Shown here: piece by piece, positions 36,501-48,600 of the stretch
How positions within the stretch are numbered: the first letter of the stretch is position 1
How the letters are laid out: every line of letters starts with the position of its first letter
Assembly (NCBI GenBank): GCA_051362555.1
Contig: CM120642.1
Span: forward strand, 32,178,001 to 32,242,000
Source: Lingula anatina
Lineage: Eukaryota > Animalia > Brachiopoda
Direction of reading: 5' to 3'
DNA length: 64,000 nt
Notes under the pieces: generated by a model
Databases searched by the model: none
What the model was told of the DNA's origin: nothing
The model's input: the letters and a program-made list of their open reading frames with translations, nothing else
Made by a program: the position numbers and the translations under genes

Positions 36501-38310
36501 TACTTTTCAATTCATCTTCTTTTCCCCGAATTGCCAACCGAATAGTCTCATCATCTCTGTTGTTTAGAGAGTCATATAATTTGTTCAATTCTTCACTTAT
36601 TATTTTTTCTTCTTTTTCTGCTTCTCTCTTTTTATAGGATGCGTATTTAATCGTTTCACCTCTAGTTTGCATGTTTGCGTTCTTCATGAAGGACTTGACG
36701 TAGGCGACATGATCCCCGCTACATGGCTGTAGAACACACTGCCTTAGCTGCCACAGCTGGAGAAGGTCCTCGGCTTGGTCAATCTTAGCTTTGTAACTGT
36801 CCTTTTTAGTCAGGATGGACTCTATAAAGGATAATCATTTATACAGCAGAGGCTTACATTATGTATGCAGATAGCAAGATACTTAAAGAAAATATGAAAT
36901 AAAAAATATGCTTTGAGGAAGACAGATGTATATCATCTGCTGTACTACAGTGTAGATCTGAAGTGATTTGTTCTTGTAAGTTCTGTATTTTCTCTGTGCA
37001 AGACACACTTCCCCAAGTTCATGCCACATGGCCACAGGTCCATGTAACCTACATCTCTTTCTCAATCAATTTCAAAAAAGCTAGTTTTCCAATAACGAAT
37101 ACCAACAACAATCTACTATTGTCATCTGTGTATCTCATTGCTATTGCTATGTCAGTGGTTTAACTGTGTCAAAACTTTATATTTTTACTTTGTGTATTAT
37201 TTCTGCTGTTCTGTTCCACCATGTTGGGCTCCTCCACTTTAAGGCGGCGTCCTCTCCAAGACACTCCATTCACCTCCTTGACAGCACGAAGAGCACTGGC
37301 CTTCTCAATAAATCTGACAAAACTGAAATAAGTGCAATCATAAAAATTAAAATTTAATTAAATTTTTTATAAATAATTTGAAAAAAAAATCTATAATAAA
37401 GTAACTTGAGAAGCCGGTTGTTTGAGAGACCATATCCTCTTTTTTCTTTCTGTACTAACTTAAGTGCATATTTGATGACATAAATCGTACATATAAAATA
37501 TAACACAAGCATAAAGTCAAACTACTTCCAGTACATTACATCTTCTTTTAACCAAACAGAAACAATACTAGTAGATTTGATACCGATCCTGAAATTACAG
37601 TACATACAAATTTATTTATCTTCAGGTGTCTTTGCAGCTGATGGTTCATAAATTATATTTACAAAATTGAGAGTTTTATACCATATAAAGAATACTACCT
37701 AAATTTGGATTCCTGGTTGTCACTGGCATTTTGTAGGAATACTTCTCTTGGGGCGGCAATGTTCTTCTTGAACAATTCAAAAACATCTTCCTAAAAAGGC
37801 ATAATTGTAAGTAATACTGTCCTCCATGGAATAAGTAACAAGAACCTGTTCATCTAAAACATGATAATTTGAAATATAGCTCTGCAATTCATATGTACAT
37901 TAATTTTAACTATATAACACAATAATGTTTCTTCTAAATGATGAAGAAGATGAATTTATAATTGATTTTATGTATGTATATATCAACTATTTTAGTAGTC
38001 AGACCAAATCTTCTTTGGTCCTAATCCAATTAGAGTTAATATACTATTTAATTAAAGTCACCTTTCCAGCAGCAATGGGTAAGTTTCCAACATAAACTGT
38101 GTGCAGCTTTTTCCTTTCTTCTAATGTCAGTATCGGACTGCCTGGGCCTGGCAATGAAAAATAAATATATGAATAGACTTTGTGGGGCTGTGTGTGTATG
38201 TGTGCGTGTGTGTGCGCGCGCGCGCGCGCTCAAGGTGGGGGGGAGATGCCCCTTTTTCTAAAACGGATTCAGCACTAGCCCTAATTCAAGTTCTAGAGAG
38301 AAACTCACAA

Positions 38311-38346
<36 letters not shown>

Positions 38347-38425
38347 AGTTACATTTCCTCCGCTCGCCAACGTTATTCAATGTGTTTTGGTTTTCAGGAA
38401 ATGCTCCTTCATCTCGCTCGCCCAT
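31709..38425 (-). CDS. RRM-domain RNA-binding protein gene (~498 aa pre-insertion: RRM + middle region + Ser/Thr-rich tail), exon 5 interrupted by an L1/Tx1 element
   Basis: Exons are 38425-38353, 38147-38062, 37790-37699, 37322-37189, [36821-36662 + 33512-33484], 33023-32876 and 32483-31709. All are GT-AG with consistent phases, giving 1497 nt open once the insertion and one TSD copy are removed. RNP2 is TVYVGNLP, RNP1-like is KFSFVRF, and the RRM C-terminus reads ALRAVKEVNGVSWRGRRLKVEE. Confidence 0.8.
33252..33436. repeat. 63-bp tandem repeat x3 (minisatellite), next to a poly(C) run at ~33209-33241
   Basis: The unit CTGATCTCTCCCACCTAACCCTACCACCTGAAAAGTTAAAATT(T/A)AATTCACAAAAAAAGATCT starts at 33252, 33315 and 33378. 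Confidence 0.95.
33513..36676 (-). mobile_element. 5'-truncated L1/Tx1-clade non-LTR retrotransposon with TSD and poly(A) tail
   Basis: Perfect 15-bp TSD CTAGTTTGCATGTTT at 33513-33527 and 36662-36676. About 50 nt of pure poly(A) (T run to 33578) is fused to AATAAA. The 3'UTR is ~180 nt. ORF2 is intact but there is no endonuclease or ORF1. Confidence 0.95.
33757..36661 (-). CDS. L1/Tx1 ORF2 reverse transcriptase with C-terminal CCHC zinc knuckle (endonuclease missing), in frame with host exon 5
   Basis: Motifs KSPGLDGYTVEFYK, NWRPITLLNVDYK, QAGFVKGR, LDFEKAFDSVEW, GVRQGDPLSP, YADD, GLKINFEKS, GGLKVP and CTFCNDPKETLLHIFWDC. The ORF-track start MKNANMQT is host exon/TSD sequence. Confidence 0.95.
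38189..38345. repeat. (TG)n(CG)n alternating purine-pyrimidine tract and (GA)n microsatellite in RRM gene intron 1
   Basis: Directly visible at 38189-38229 and 38315-38344. Confidence 0.85.
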
Positions 38426-38590
38426 GATCCTCTGCAGAGCTACAACTTCGATCCAAATAGCCCTATCACCATAGATCTAAATTCATTAATGAATTCGTCC
38501 TCATTGATGTCGATGAAAACAGGGGTGAAAAAGACAACAATGCATTTGGAGGTTACTGGCTCAAGCTCGTAGGCAAGTCCTCTCAGTTTA

Positions 38591-38603
38591 CAAGATGGCC
38601 GCC
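38591..38603 (-). promoter_or_regulatory. YY1-like motif near the probable TSS of the RRM gene
   Basis: CAAGATGGCCGCC (minus strand GGCGGCCATCTTG), ~170 nt upstream of the inferred ATG. Confidence 0.45.
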
Positions 38604-38832
38604 TTATGTCATTATATGGCAGGTCATAGGTGTCATCTTGGGTTAGAGGTCTTTACACCTAAATTCTCCTTTCAATGAAAGTTTGGTAGAAAACAGCTAA
38701 TTGAATGCCTGTTATAAAATCACTTTCTAGATGACATTGTATCGGTACGTCTGATGAAATCCATATGTAGGCCTAAAATAGCAAAAAACAACCAACTCAA
38801 AAGCTCACTGAGAAAGGAAAATATTAAATCTG

Positions 38833-38833
<1 letters not shown>

Positions 38834-38886
<53 letters not shown>
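38834..38886. repeat. Poly(A) tract
   Basis: About 53 A, directly visible. Confidence 0.9.
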
Positions 38887-38887
<1 letters not shown>

Positions 38888-39397
38888 AGGTCGCTTAAAC
38901 GATAATTCCTGTTCTTGATCTGGAGCCGTAAATAAGTGACTTCGAATGCCGAATTAAAAACTTGTGGTGGTGGTGAGATCAGTTAATGCCTTGAAATATG
39001 TAATAACCACAACGGAAATATTAAAATCTCATCCAAAACAATGCTGCATAGGATATGATACAAGTGCAACAAATGTCGGTAGCCTACACAGTGTCGCATT
39101 GCCTTCTTTTCTTGCCAATATCAAAGACTGGGTGAAATTCGCACTCCAGTCACTTGGGGTTCATTGTAGATGTAATGTCAACTATCTCAATATAACCCAA
39201 AATATTCAATGCGGAAATAATGAGTTTAAAAAATCTTAGTCATCCTGCAGTTAGGCAGTGGTGGGGCATGTTCCATTATGTCCCCACGCATGAAAGAATG
39301 AAAATGATATTCATAAACACAGGTTGATGTAATCTATAACATCATGCCACAGACAAAGTAAATGTACGTATGACATACCACGCCTTACTTTTTGTTC

Positions 39398-41500
39398 TTA
39401 AAAACCTGTGCAGGCGACCATAGATGGGATGAACGTACCCTCTATCACAGATTGATTTTTCCCTAGATATTTATAGATACACCTGTAGATAAATTGACGG
39501 TTAGTCTCCGAATTGTACTCCGCGTTAGAGAAAATATCCACATAATAATAACTGCGGCCCTGGTAGAGGGTAGGGTCAGCCACTATTCAGGTTGTTGATG
39601 CGGTATATACTGAGTGATTTTCACTTGTGTATAAAATATCGTTTTATCTGAAGTGTACAAAACTCAAGAACTTGATGTAGTACTCGAATACATCTTAAAT
39701 TCATATTTATATCTGATAAAGGAAGACACTTGTTCCGAAAACTGCAGTAAACACCACCCCGAGTCCCCATGCACTGGTGCTGATAAGCACATAAAGTGGA
39801 GTACTTCTCGTAGACCATGACAAGGCCGCACCGATAACCTCAGACGTAAAAATAATATGTAAACATAAACAAGGATGCAAAAAAGAAATGATTGCTTTGC
39901 GCGTCATTTCGTTTTACCACCACGCCGACGGATCCGGAGGCTTGGATACCTGTTATTCACAGCTGCGCGTTTGATGAATCACACCTAAATGGTATAATAG
40001 TGCCGCATTTAGGATATTTAAAACCTCAGTTTTATGACACAACATTGCCTATTCAAGCAACTATTGTTGTTGTTGTTGTTGTTGTTTTTCTGTCTTCTCA
40101 TTACGCAAGATAGAAACTTTTTTAGCTTGCTTATAGTCAGAATCGATTTCTTTATTTACTTAAGTGTCCCCGTTCAAGGTACCATACTATTCCAGCAATT
40201 GTTAACAGACAAAAAACGCTCAAAGCAGAGTCGTGACCTTATTCGTCTCAGTTGCCATCCAGGTGGGTTGAAAACGGGTCACAGGTATAACAAGAAAAAA
40301 TACATACTGACTTATCATATCGTAGTCATCGCCACGGTACTGAGCTGCTCACGCCTTAAGAGTGGGGATTATTTGTAAATAAGGTAAGTGGTATTGACTG
40401 TTATGTACAAAATCAAGATAATAGTTAGTTGTTCATTAACCCAAAAAGTAGGAAGCGCTGTGTGTAAGTTTCATGTGTGCTTTACTAAGAAGTACTGTAC
40501 GGTACGGCCCATATCATTTTTTTACGTAGATTGCGGAAGTTTCGTTCCGTGACGAAAGAAAATCACGAGAAAACAATGTTGAGCAAAAAATTCTAATTGA
40601 TGGAATGTCATGAAAACAAAGGTATATAATTAAAAGGCTCAAAAAGCTTGTTAAAGAAGGAGGGTGCCGTAACCATATCCAAGTTTCTTTTTATGAGGTA
40701 AATTCCCTTATCCACGATGTTCTAATTATTTACAATTATTTCACTGGTAAGGATGTTGATAAATTAGGAGGTCATGGACCAGTCGTCGTACAGAGGGGCA
40801 AGACGTGCACCACTTTGCAACGCACTACTGGTCTTAAACCTGGACAATGGAACTTAGGACCTCCATTCTGTGTTCAAAAAGTGGGAATTACTAACATGTA
40901 CACCGCCCTTTTCATGGATATCATATTTCAAATCACAGGTTATATTGTGACAAGATACCTAGATCCCGATCCATGCTGTAAAATGTTCAGATTTCAAATT
41001 CATTCTGGTTTCTGGAATATAGTTGTTACAGTTTCTTTTATCATGTACAGATTTTAGTGAATAAAAAAGGTGATGAGGCGACCTTAAAGGATTTCAACTG
41101 AATTCCACATGTGGATCGGGTGTGAAAGAGCCATCTTGGAGTTACCTTATTACTTTACATCTTTAGAAAAAAGCACACCTGGCTGTGTTTGGACATGTCG
41201 CGCATCCAAATAACGACACACCGCGGGGTAGCATAACGTGGCTCAAATCATAGCAATGGCACACATTTTATTTAGACACTCAAAAGACACTGAAATCCCT
41301 GTATTATTATACCCTCTATCAGGGCCGCAGATTTCATTCTGTGAACTATTCTCTGACGCGAAGTGCAGAAAAAGTTCCATCATTTAACTAGAGACATATC
41401 TAGTGAGAAATCAAACTGTGACCCTCCTGATAGAAGGAAGTGTGACCATGTCCTGTTATATTGGGCTTGGCGAAATGAAAAAAAATCTCTGCTGCGTGCA
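39398..41500. pseudogene. Decayed coding relics: an inverted paralogous segment pair and sushi/CCP-like fragments
   Basis: Minus 39572-39420 (TLYQGRSYYYVDIFSNAEY...YLGKNQSVIEG) is similar to plus 41311-41450 (TLYQGRRFHSV/FSDAKC...YLVRNQTVTLLIEG, with stops and a frameshift). The plus strand also carries RDLIRLSCHPG (~40232-40263) and LKPGQWNLGPPFCV (~40833-40874), which resemble CCP halves. Confidence 0.35.
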
Positions 41501-43797
41501 CATATAAGTCAGGATATGTTCAGGATACCGTGAGGCATAAGCCAGTGACGGCGTTGATAATGTCAGCCATAATGTAAAGAAATCACAAAGATAACATTGG
41601 TTTTTTATACAAGAAAGACAGGTCATGCATGAAAGAAGTGGACTCGTAAGGAGGGTAGTCTTGTGTCTTTGGTGGGGGTTTGGGGAGGGAGTACAGTTTA
41701 CGCTGTCGATAAAATTATATCCCAGAAAGGCTGTATAAGCGAAATAATCCACAATTCAATGATACGTATGAGTTTTTGGAAGATAAATTTTATTCCAATG
41801 CATGGCATTTTTGCGTTGAGATCCTGATCATTTCCTCTTGCATAGCGGGCCAAATATTGTCCTACTATTTTAAACTGTTAAACCTTCCTCTAGCGAATCA
41901 CTTCTGTCACGAAATGCAAGGTAAACATACTTCAGCATATTTCTGTTCAGTCGTATACCAGTAGCTCTACTGTTCGTTATAGGTAAATATAGACCCCGAA
42001 AGGTCACCCTTTAAGTAAATCAACATTGCACCATGATGTGAATTGAATCACTGATGGTAAAATCACATCAAACTCAGGTAGGCTGACATAGGTGAAATGA
42101 CTCTTGCGAGCTATTCTATCAATGCACTGTTTTTTAAATCTTTTATTGAAGGCATTATTGCCTCCACGTCTCGCGGGGTTGAATACATAATATTACCATG
42201 ACAAGAGGAACCCAACACGACACCTTGCCTGGCAAAATTAGTTTTAAATATGTGATTAGCCTGCGACTGTTCGCAAGGATTTTAATGATAATATCCTTAT
42301 AAACAAGTTTTCATTGTCCCACTGTATGTTTCTGCTCAATTGCATATATTTTTCTCGAACTTTATTTGATTTCTCAACAATACAATAATACGAGTTTTAA
42401 TACTCAAGTAAAAATGCTACATATTTGACTAATGAAATTTTCTTCTATTCAAACAAAATATTTTTAGATCCTAGATTTGCGATATAAGGCGTTAAATCTA
42501 CACGTACGTAGAATTAAAGAATACATATAAATTTTTAAAGTTCACTTGCGAAAACAAAATTATTATGAGTATCAGAAAAATCACGTACCGTCACAAAAAG
42601 AAAAGCCGATGAACTACTAATACAAAAAAAGTGAACATATAAAAAACATATTTAAGTGAAAATATGAAAAATAACATGTCTTTCACGTGATAAACGGCAT
42701 GGTATTTTATTGCTGAAATACGTGAATGTCACACTAACTGTCATTTACCACTTTAAAGCCACTTCAGATTACCTTGTTTTACTTTCTTTATATAATCACT
42801 GTCAACGGCAATAGTTCTTGCGGTAATGTGGTGACAGCTGAGGGGGCGGCGTCAGACGACGAAAATGCCTAAATCTAAAGTCCCTTCTACTGATTAATTT
42901 TAGAAATGTAAATGTATGCGTAAAAACAAAATATTCTGGAATGCATTTAACATGCTTAGACTTTATTTAAATTCAGGTTTACGTAATTAAGGCTGACGTA
43001 AACTGCGGTTCTAACCTTCTTTTGTTAAGTCAACCTTAATGTCTGACAAAGTCATTAATAAAAGCTGTACTAATTGTGGGTGCATCTTCTCGGTGAATGA
43101 AAGAGTTCAAAAAGTACACAAGTAGTTTAGTCAGCATTTCTTGAGTACACTGTGACACTACATCCAGTATTACCTTTTACAGTAAAGAATAAGAATATAC
43201 AATGAAAATACGGATAAAGAAGAAAATTAGAGAAAAAATTGAGAAGGATGATTAATATTTTGACATTTGTACTCGCAATTTAAATGTTGTTAAATTTACT
43301 GAATTTAGGATCTTATAAGATTCTCTAATTAAAAACGGCAACACCTGGTGTTGGACGGTCTAACAGGTGAGAAAAGTCAGATCTCATCTAATATGACAAA
43401 GTACAGTAAATTCACCAGAAAAAATTATATTAGATAGAATCTCTCCGTGCATGAAATTCAACGTACAGCCAAAGTAACACGAGAGACATATTTTCGATAC
43501 TTTTTCCCCCGATTAATACGGATCAGTGAATCATCCAAGGTGAATCCTTCTCACACATTGTACTTATCACATTTTTATCATTTTATTGGTTTCACTGCGT
43601 TGTAGACTAGTGTCTTCTTTCATATTATTGTTCATATACTTGTGAAACTGCATTTTCGCCAGTAAATGATACCGGTGCGTTAGTAATTACGTAAATATGT
43701 CAGTAAATACTCGTTTGTAAACATGGAGTGCTAATATCTACACAAAACAACTAGAATGTTTAAAAGATGGACATGAAATTCTATTGACAAATACGCT

Positions 43798-43801
<4 letters not shown>

Positions 43802-43870
<69 letters not shown>
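43802..43870. repeat. (AT)n microsatellite
   Basis: Directly visible. Confidence 0.95.
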
Positions 43871-43871
<1 letters not shown>

Positions 43872-45161
43872 GTCAGTTAATGCCCCATGTCTCGCTCCTT
43901 GCAGTAAACAAGTGCACGCGTATTGTTCTCCACTATATATTATTACCTGATACAAAAAACATTCACCTTGACATGCTTTGTTATTGACGAAAAACCTGGG
44001 ACATGACTCAGAATGCCTGGGTAAAGTCAATTACATTCAATATGAATTTTTTTTTCTGTATACATTATCATCGTTAAGCTGTCTGAACACACACACACAC
44101 ACAAAAACGCAATACTGCGATATTTTATGCATGTATTGTTGTTTGCGGTATAGATGTCAGACAGAAGGGAGTATGAAAGGACAGAGCACTGTGTGCTGAA
44201 AAATAGAGTCCTGTCCAAATAAACAGTGGAAAACGAGGATCACGAAAGTGCATGGTGACAGTGTTTAAAAAAAGAACTTATTTATTTTTTTTACTCCCTG
44301 TTATGAATGTTACTGCGTTCAATAGATACGCAAAGTATGAGGTGTCATACTCAAATTTATTGGCTTTTCTGAAAGGATGGGATAAAAAAGGTTGTTTGCA
44401 AACAAAGTGCATATTTTGCTTTTACATCGTTTTTACAAGTGTGTATGAAAAGTTTCCAAATTGATATCTTAGCAAGAAATTGTATGGGAATCTTTGGGCC
44501 CCTCCCTCTGACGCTAAGCAAAGATATTTACGCATGATCAAATTTAATGAACTTGAACTGTATTGAGAGTAGGCCTGGTTTTTACACAAGATTGCCTTTA
44601 CGTCATCCATAATGTAATAGAGCGCGTTATATTAATCATATAATAAACAAAATATATCGAATGTTGATCCAAATGAAAGGCATTGAAACCCAGGTGGAAT
44701 GCGGTAACAATACCCTTAACTCTACAAATTTGAAAAGCTTAGTAAGTATAATGCATGTATGTGAAAGGATGAAGCATTGCAACCTTTAACGGCAATACAC
44801 TCGCTGCATTATAGTAACAACTGCCATTCACAAAACATTCAGAGTACGCGTGCTCTATGTGCTGACGGGATACACGATTCAGCAACGACAATTTTAGAGA
44901 AAACGTCTCTTGGACGTTCTCCGTGAAGTGCTGTGAATTGAGCTAATTTAGCAACTGTAAGGTGCACGCTGTACCTTGGGTAGTCTAGTAGAACAACAAG
45001 GTATGAGAGTATTCTGTACCATGGGTACCATGGGCTTATGTGACTGTATAATATCTAACGTGTGTTTCCATTCAAAAAGGCAATGTTCATGTCTCAAATG
45101 TAATATCTTTTAAATATTTTAAAGATTTGTCATATTTTTTTTTTCAGGAAAAAGAGACACC

Positions 45162-45655
45162 ATGGCAAAATACAGCATAGGCGCCATTATATGGGCGTAC
45201 CGTTCCACCATTATTATGATAGCTACACCGCTACTTCTTTCACCAATTCCGATATACTTCAACGTTGCGGAACCGACCGTAAGTAATAGATAATACTTCT
45301 TTCAAAACGTAAAAATATTATCTTTAATAATGTTGGAAAATACTGAAAAATAATTGAAAAATGATTGAAAAATCTACCTCGTATATCAATAAAATTTAAT
45401 TTTTAGTTCAGAGTAAAATTAAGCATGGGACAAACTGTAAGTAATAAGATATACCTCTTGTTTCAGTACTGGCGGGAAGCGAACTGTGCCTACATCCTGG
45501 CCATTATGGCAGTGTTTTGGATGACGGAAGTGATTCCTCTGGCCGCCACAGCGCTCTTCCCCGTAGTTTTCATGCCAATTTTCTCTGTCAGTACTTCGGC
45601 TAGAGTATGCTCACAGTACCTCAAGGTCAGCAAACTACGTGTCTCTGTAAAATGA

Positions 45656-45687
<32 letters not shown>

Positions 45688-48600
45688 TTGTGTGTGTATA
45701 TGTGTGTGAATATGTACGTTGTGTCCTTATGTTCAAGACTTCGAAACACCGTTTGATCTACCCTGTTTGAGCAACATTCTAGATATATTCCTTATCTTCA
45801 ATAAGCAGGATAAAAATCTTACATGAAAATTCCTTCCTAAACTACATCAAGAATTCTTTGAACTAAATATACTCTTGACGTTTATTACAGGACACTAACA
45901 TGCTATTTGTTGGAGGGCTGATGGTGGCTGTCGCAATTGAAAAGTGGAACCTCCACCGCCGCATTGCGTTAGGGGTGCTCATGATAGTGGGAACAACGCC
46001 GCGGTGGTAAGACTGTTACCATTGTAGAATATTCAGCGCCTCTTATTGGCGTTCATAACTATTTTATAGTTCAAATACTTCAATGTTTTTGTTGGATAAA
46101 TAGAAAGTCGTCTTCATTTTCATCTTTCGAACCCTATAAAAGGGCATACATGATGGGGTGGAATCTAGATTTAAAAGGGAGCATTAAGTGGAATTTTTGT
46201 CTTCTCTGATATATTGTTTAACTTCGAATATTTTAAAATAATATTGGCACTTTTAAAGTTGGTTTCTGAAAGACATGCGAAAAAATAGAGCAAACACTTT
46301 TTTCAGTTTTTTTTTAAATATGGCAACAAATGCCCACCCACTATAATGGCAGGGTAATGATACTTCTATGATAAATAAAAATGATTGGATTTGCTTTTAT
46401 CTCTGAACCAGGCTTATGTTGGGGTTCATGCTCCCTACTTGGTTCTTATCAATGTGGATCAGCAATACAGCTACGGCGGCCATGATGGTTCCGATAGTTC
46501 AAGCTGTACTGGTGCAGCTCAGGGAAACCACTGCTGAGGATACCGAGGAGAAAGAGCATCCCGCCTCAGGTATAAACAGAACGCCGTGCTATTGGCTAAC
46601 CTACCTGTAGTGGTTTGGTTTATACATGCTGTTTTTTTAATTAACACTGGTTAGATGATACATTTTATTTCATTTTATTTGACTTTAATTTATTTTATTT
46701 TTATTATTATTATTTTTCGATCGGAAAATTTGAACGAAAAAATGCCAAGGTAGAGTTCTTAAGTTAAAGAAAGTTTTGCATGATGTAAAAAATAGATGAT
46801 AGGTGTCTTTACCTACTTTTAAACATTCATAGATATTTTATAGTTGCTAATATAAAGCAAGCTGTCCAATTAAGGTTGTTTATGATTTATGTAAGTAATT
46901 AATCTTATGTTAAAGGTGCTAGAAATGTCAGATCATTATTTTATAGGTTATGATAACCCTGCAATGGAATACGACAATGGACAGGCTGTTACTACGTTCA
47001 CTGAACCCGACGAGTAAGTTTTTTTAAAACTTAAAAAGAATACAGTAAATACTTGTATGTAAGCGCCAAATATGGTTAAGATGCTTACACTGAAGACTAT
47101 TGTTTTTAATCGCGGACAGATCTGAGATAATTAGTAAATTCTCGGAACACGTACTCTATACCTGACAGTATTTCCATGGTATTGTATATATGCTATAATA
47201 TTTCCATAATAATTCAAACATTGAATGCATTTATATACTAAGTTACACCAGCAATCATTAATTTAGAAGTGTGCATTTGTAGTTTTACGTTTATTATTAT
47301 TTTTACAAAGTGAATGTAAAGGAGGTTTACTAATATTGTACATAATGAAGATAAAGAAGTTTAACTTACGTGTAACATGGTGAGCAGAAGCTAACTGCGC
47401 AAAGGTTGTCAAATGGTGACAATAGGTATTAGTAAACTATAGTTACTTTGATAGCAATGACATAATACTGCATGCACGTCTATTCTAGATCTAAGGAAAA
47501 TAATGGCGAAATCACCCCTAGCCCCTCAGTAGGTGGCAGCACTAATCACATCGAAGGCAACAAGGTTAGCGGCAGTAAGGCCACTTTGGTATCAGATGAA
47601 TCCGATGAACCGGAGGATCCTGCCTACAGTAAGCTGTGTAAAGGCATGTACCTGTGTATAGCCTATGCGGCAAGTATTGGTGGAATAGCTACACTAACTG
47701 GTACCCCACCGAATCTTGTGATGAAGGGACAGATAGACATGTAAGTTTGGATTTGTTGCCCCTTTACCTCTTTTTCTTTATTGTTGACTTTTTTTATTGT
47801 TCTGTTTTTGTTTTTGTTTTTTTTTTTGCTCTTTCCCCTTCTCATTTTTTTTACATCTTTATTTTCTTCCATCAATAATTTAACCATATATCTCCCAATT
47901 TTAATTCCATTTTTTCTGACTTTTTTGTTTGTCGTATGTTTGCTGTCTCACTTTTGCTCTCAAGACTGGTTTCAAATCTCCATTTCAACAGACTAAAACA
48001 TCCACATCTTTTCGTTTTCCAGACTGTTCGAAAAATACAACGACAACACTAACACGAAGGTGACATTTGGTTCGTGGATGGTGTTTGCTCTACCTATATC
48101 TGTCATCTGCCTTGTCATAGCCTGGTTGTGGTTACAACTGCTTTTCTTATGCAGGATCGGGTAAGTAGCAGTGATGTTAAACGTCTTTTTTTTCGATAGG
48201 AGAGGGGTTAGGACAGAGCAGAATGGGCAACGTGTTTGTGATATTAATTTTTCACATTTTGAGGATATTACAACTGATATATGTTAAAGGAGCTTTATTC
48301 TTGCAAGTAAACCACGCACATGGTAGTCACGTTCACGGTACTGAAAGATACAGAAATGGATTGTTACATAAAAAGGTATGTCACGCTGCTTTATGCTTTA
48401 AAGCAGCGGTAATCGAATCTGTATTCTCATTATGACCAGGGGCTGCAAGCGGCAATCTAGAGATAAGAGCTACGAGATGGGAACAGGGGATACCCCGCAA
48501 AAGTAAGTTAAGAAAGAGATGTAGATAAGAGAGAGAGAGTCTGAGAGATAATTGAAATTAATTTCACGTGCCTTACGATCATTCGTTTTCATCCATAGTC

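Noticed and set aside
33757-36687. 976-aa RT as a retron, group II intron, DGR or telomerase RT, or as an autonomous full-length LINE
   Set aside because: The motifs, CCHC knuckle, poly(A) and TSD identify an L1/Tx1 ORF2. ORF1 and the endonuclease are absent, and the apparent start Met is host sequence.
47654-47996. Hydrophobic F/L-rich ORFs and antisense ORFs over SLC13 exons
   Set aside because: These are read-through into T-rich introns or antisense shadows of real exons.
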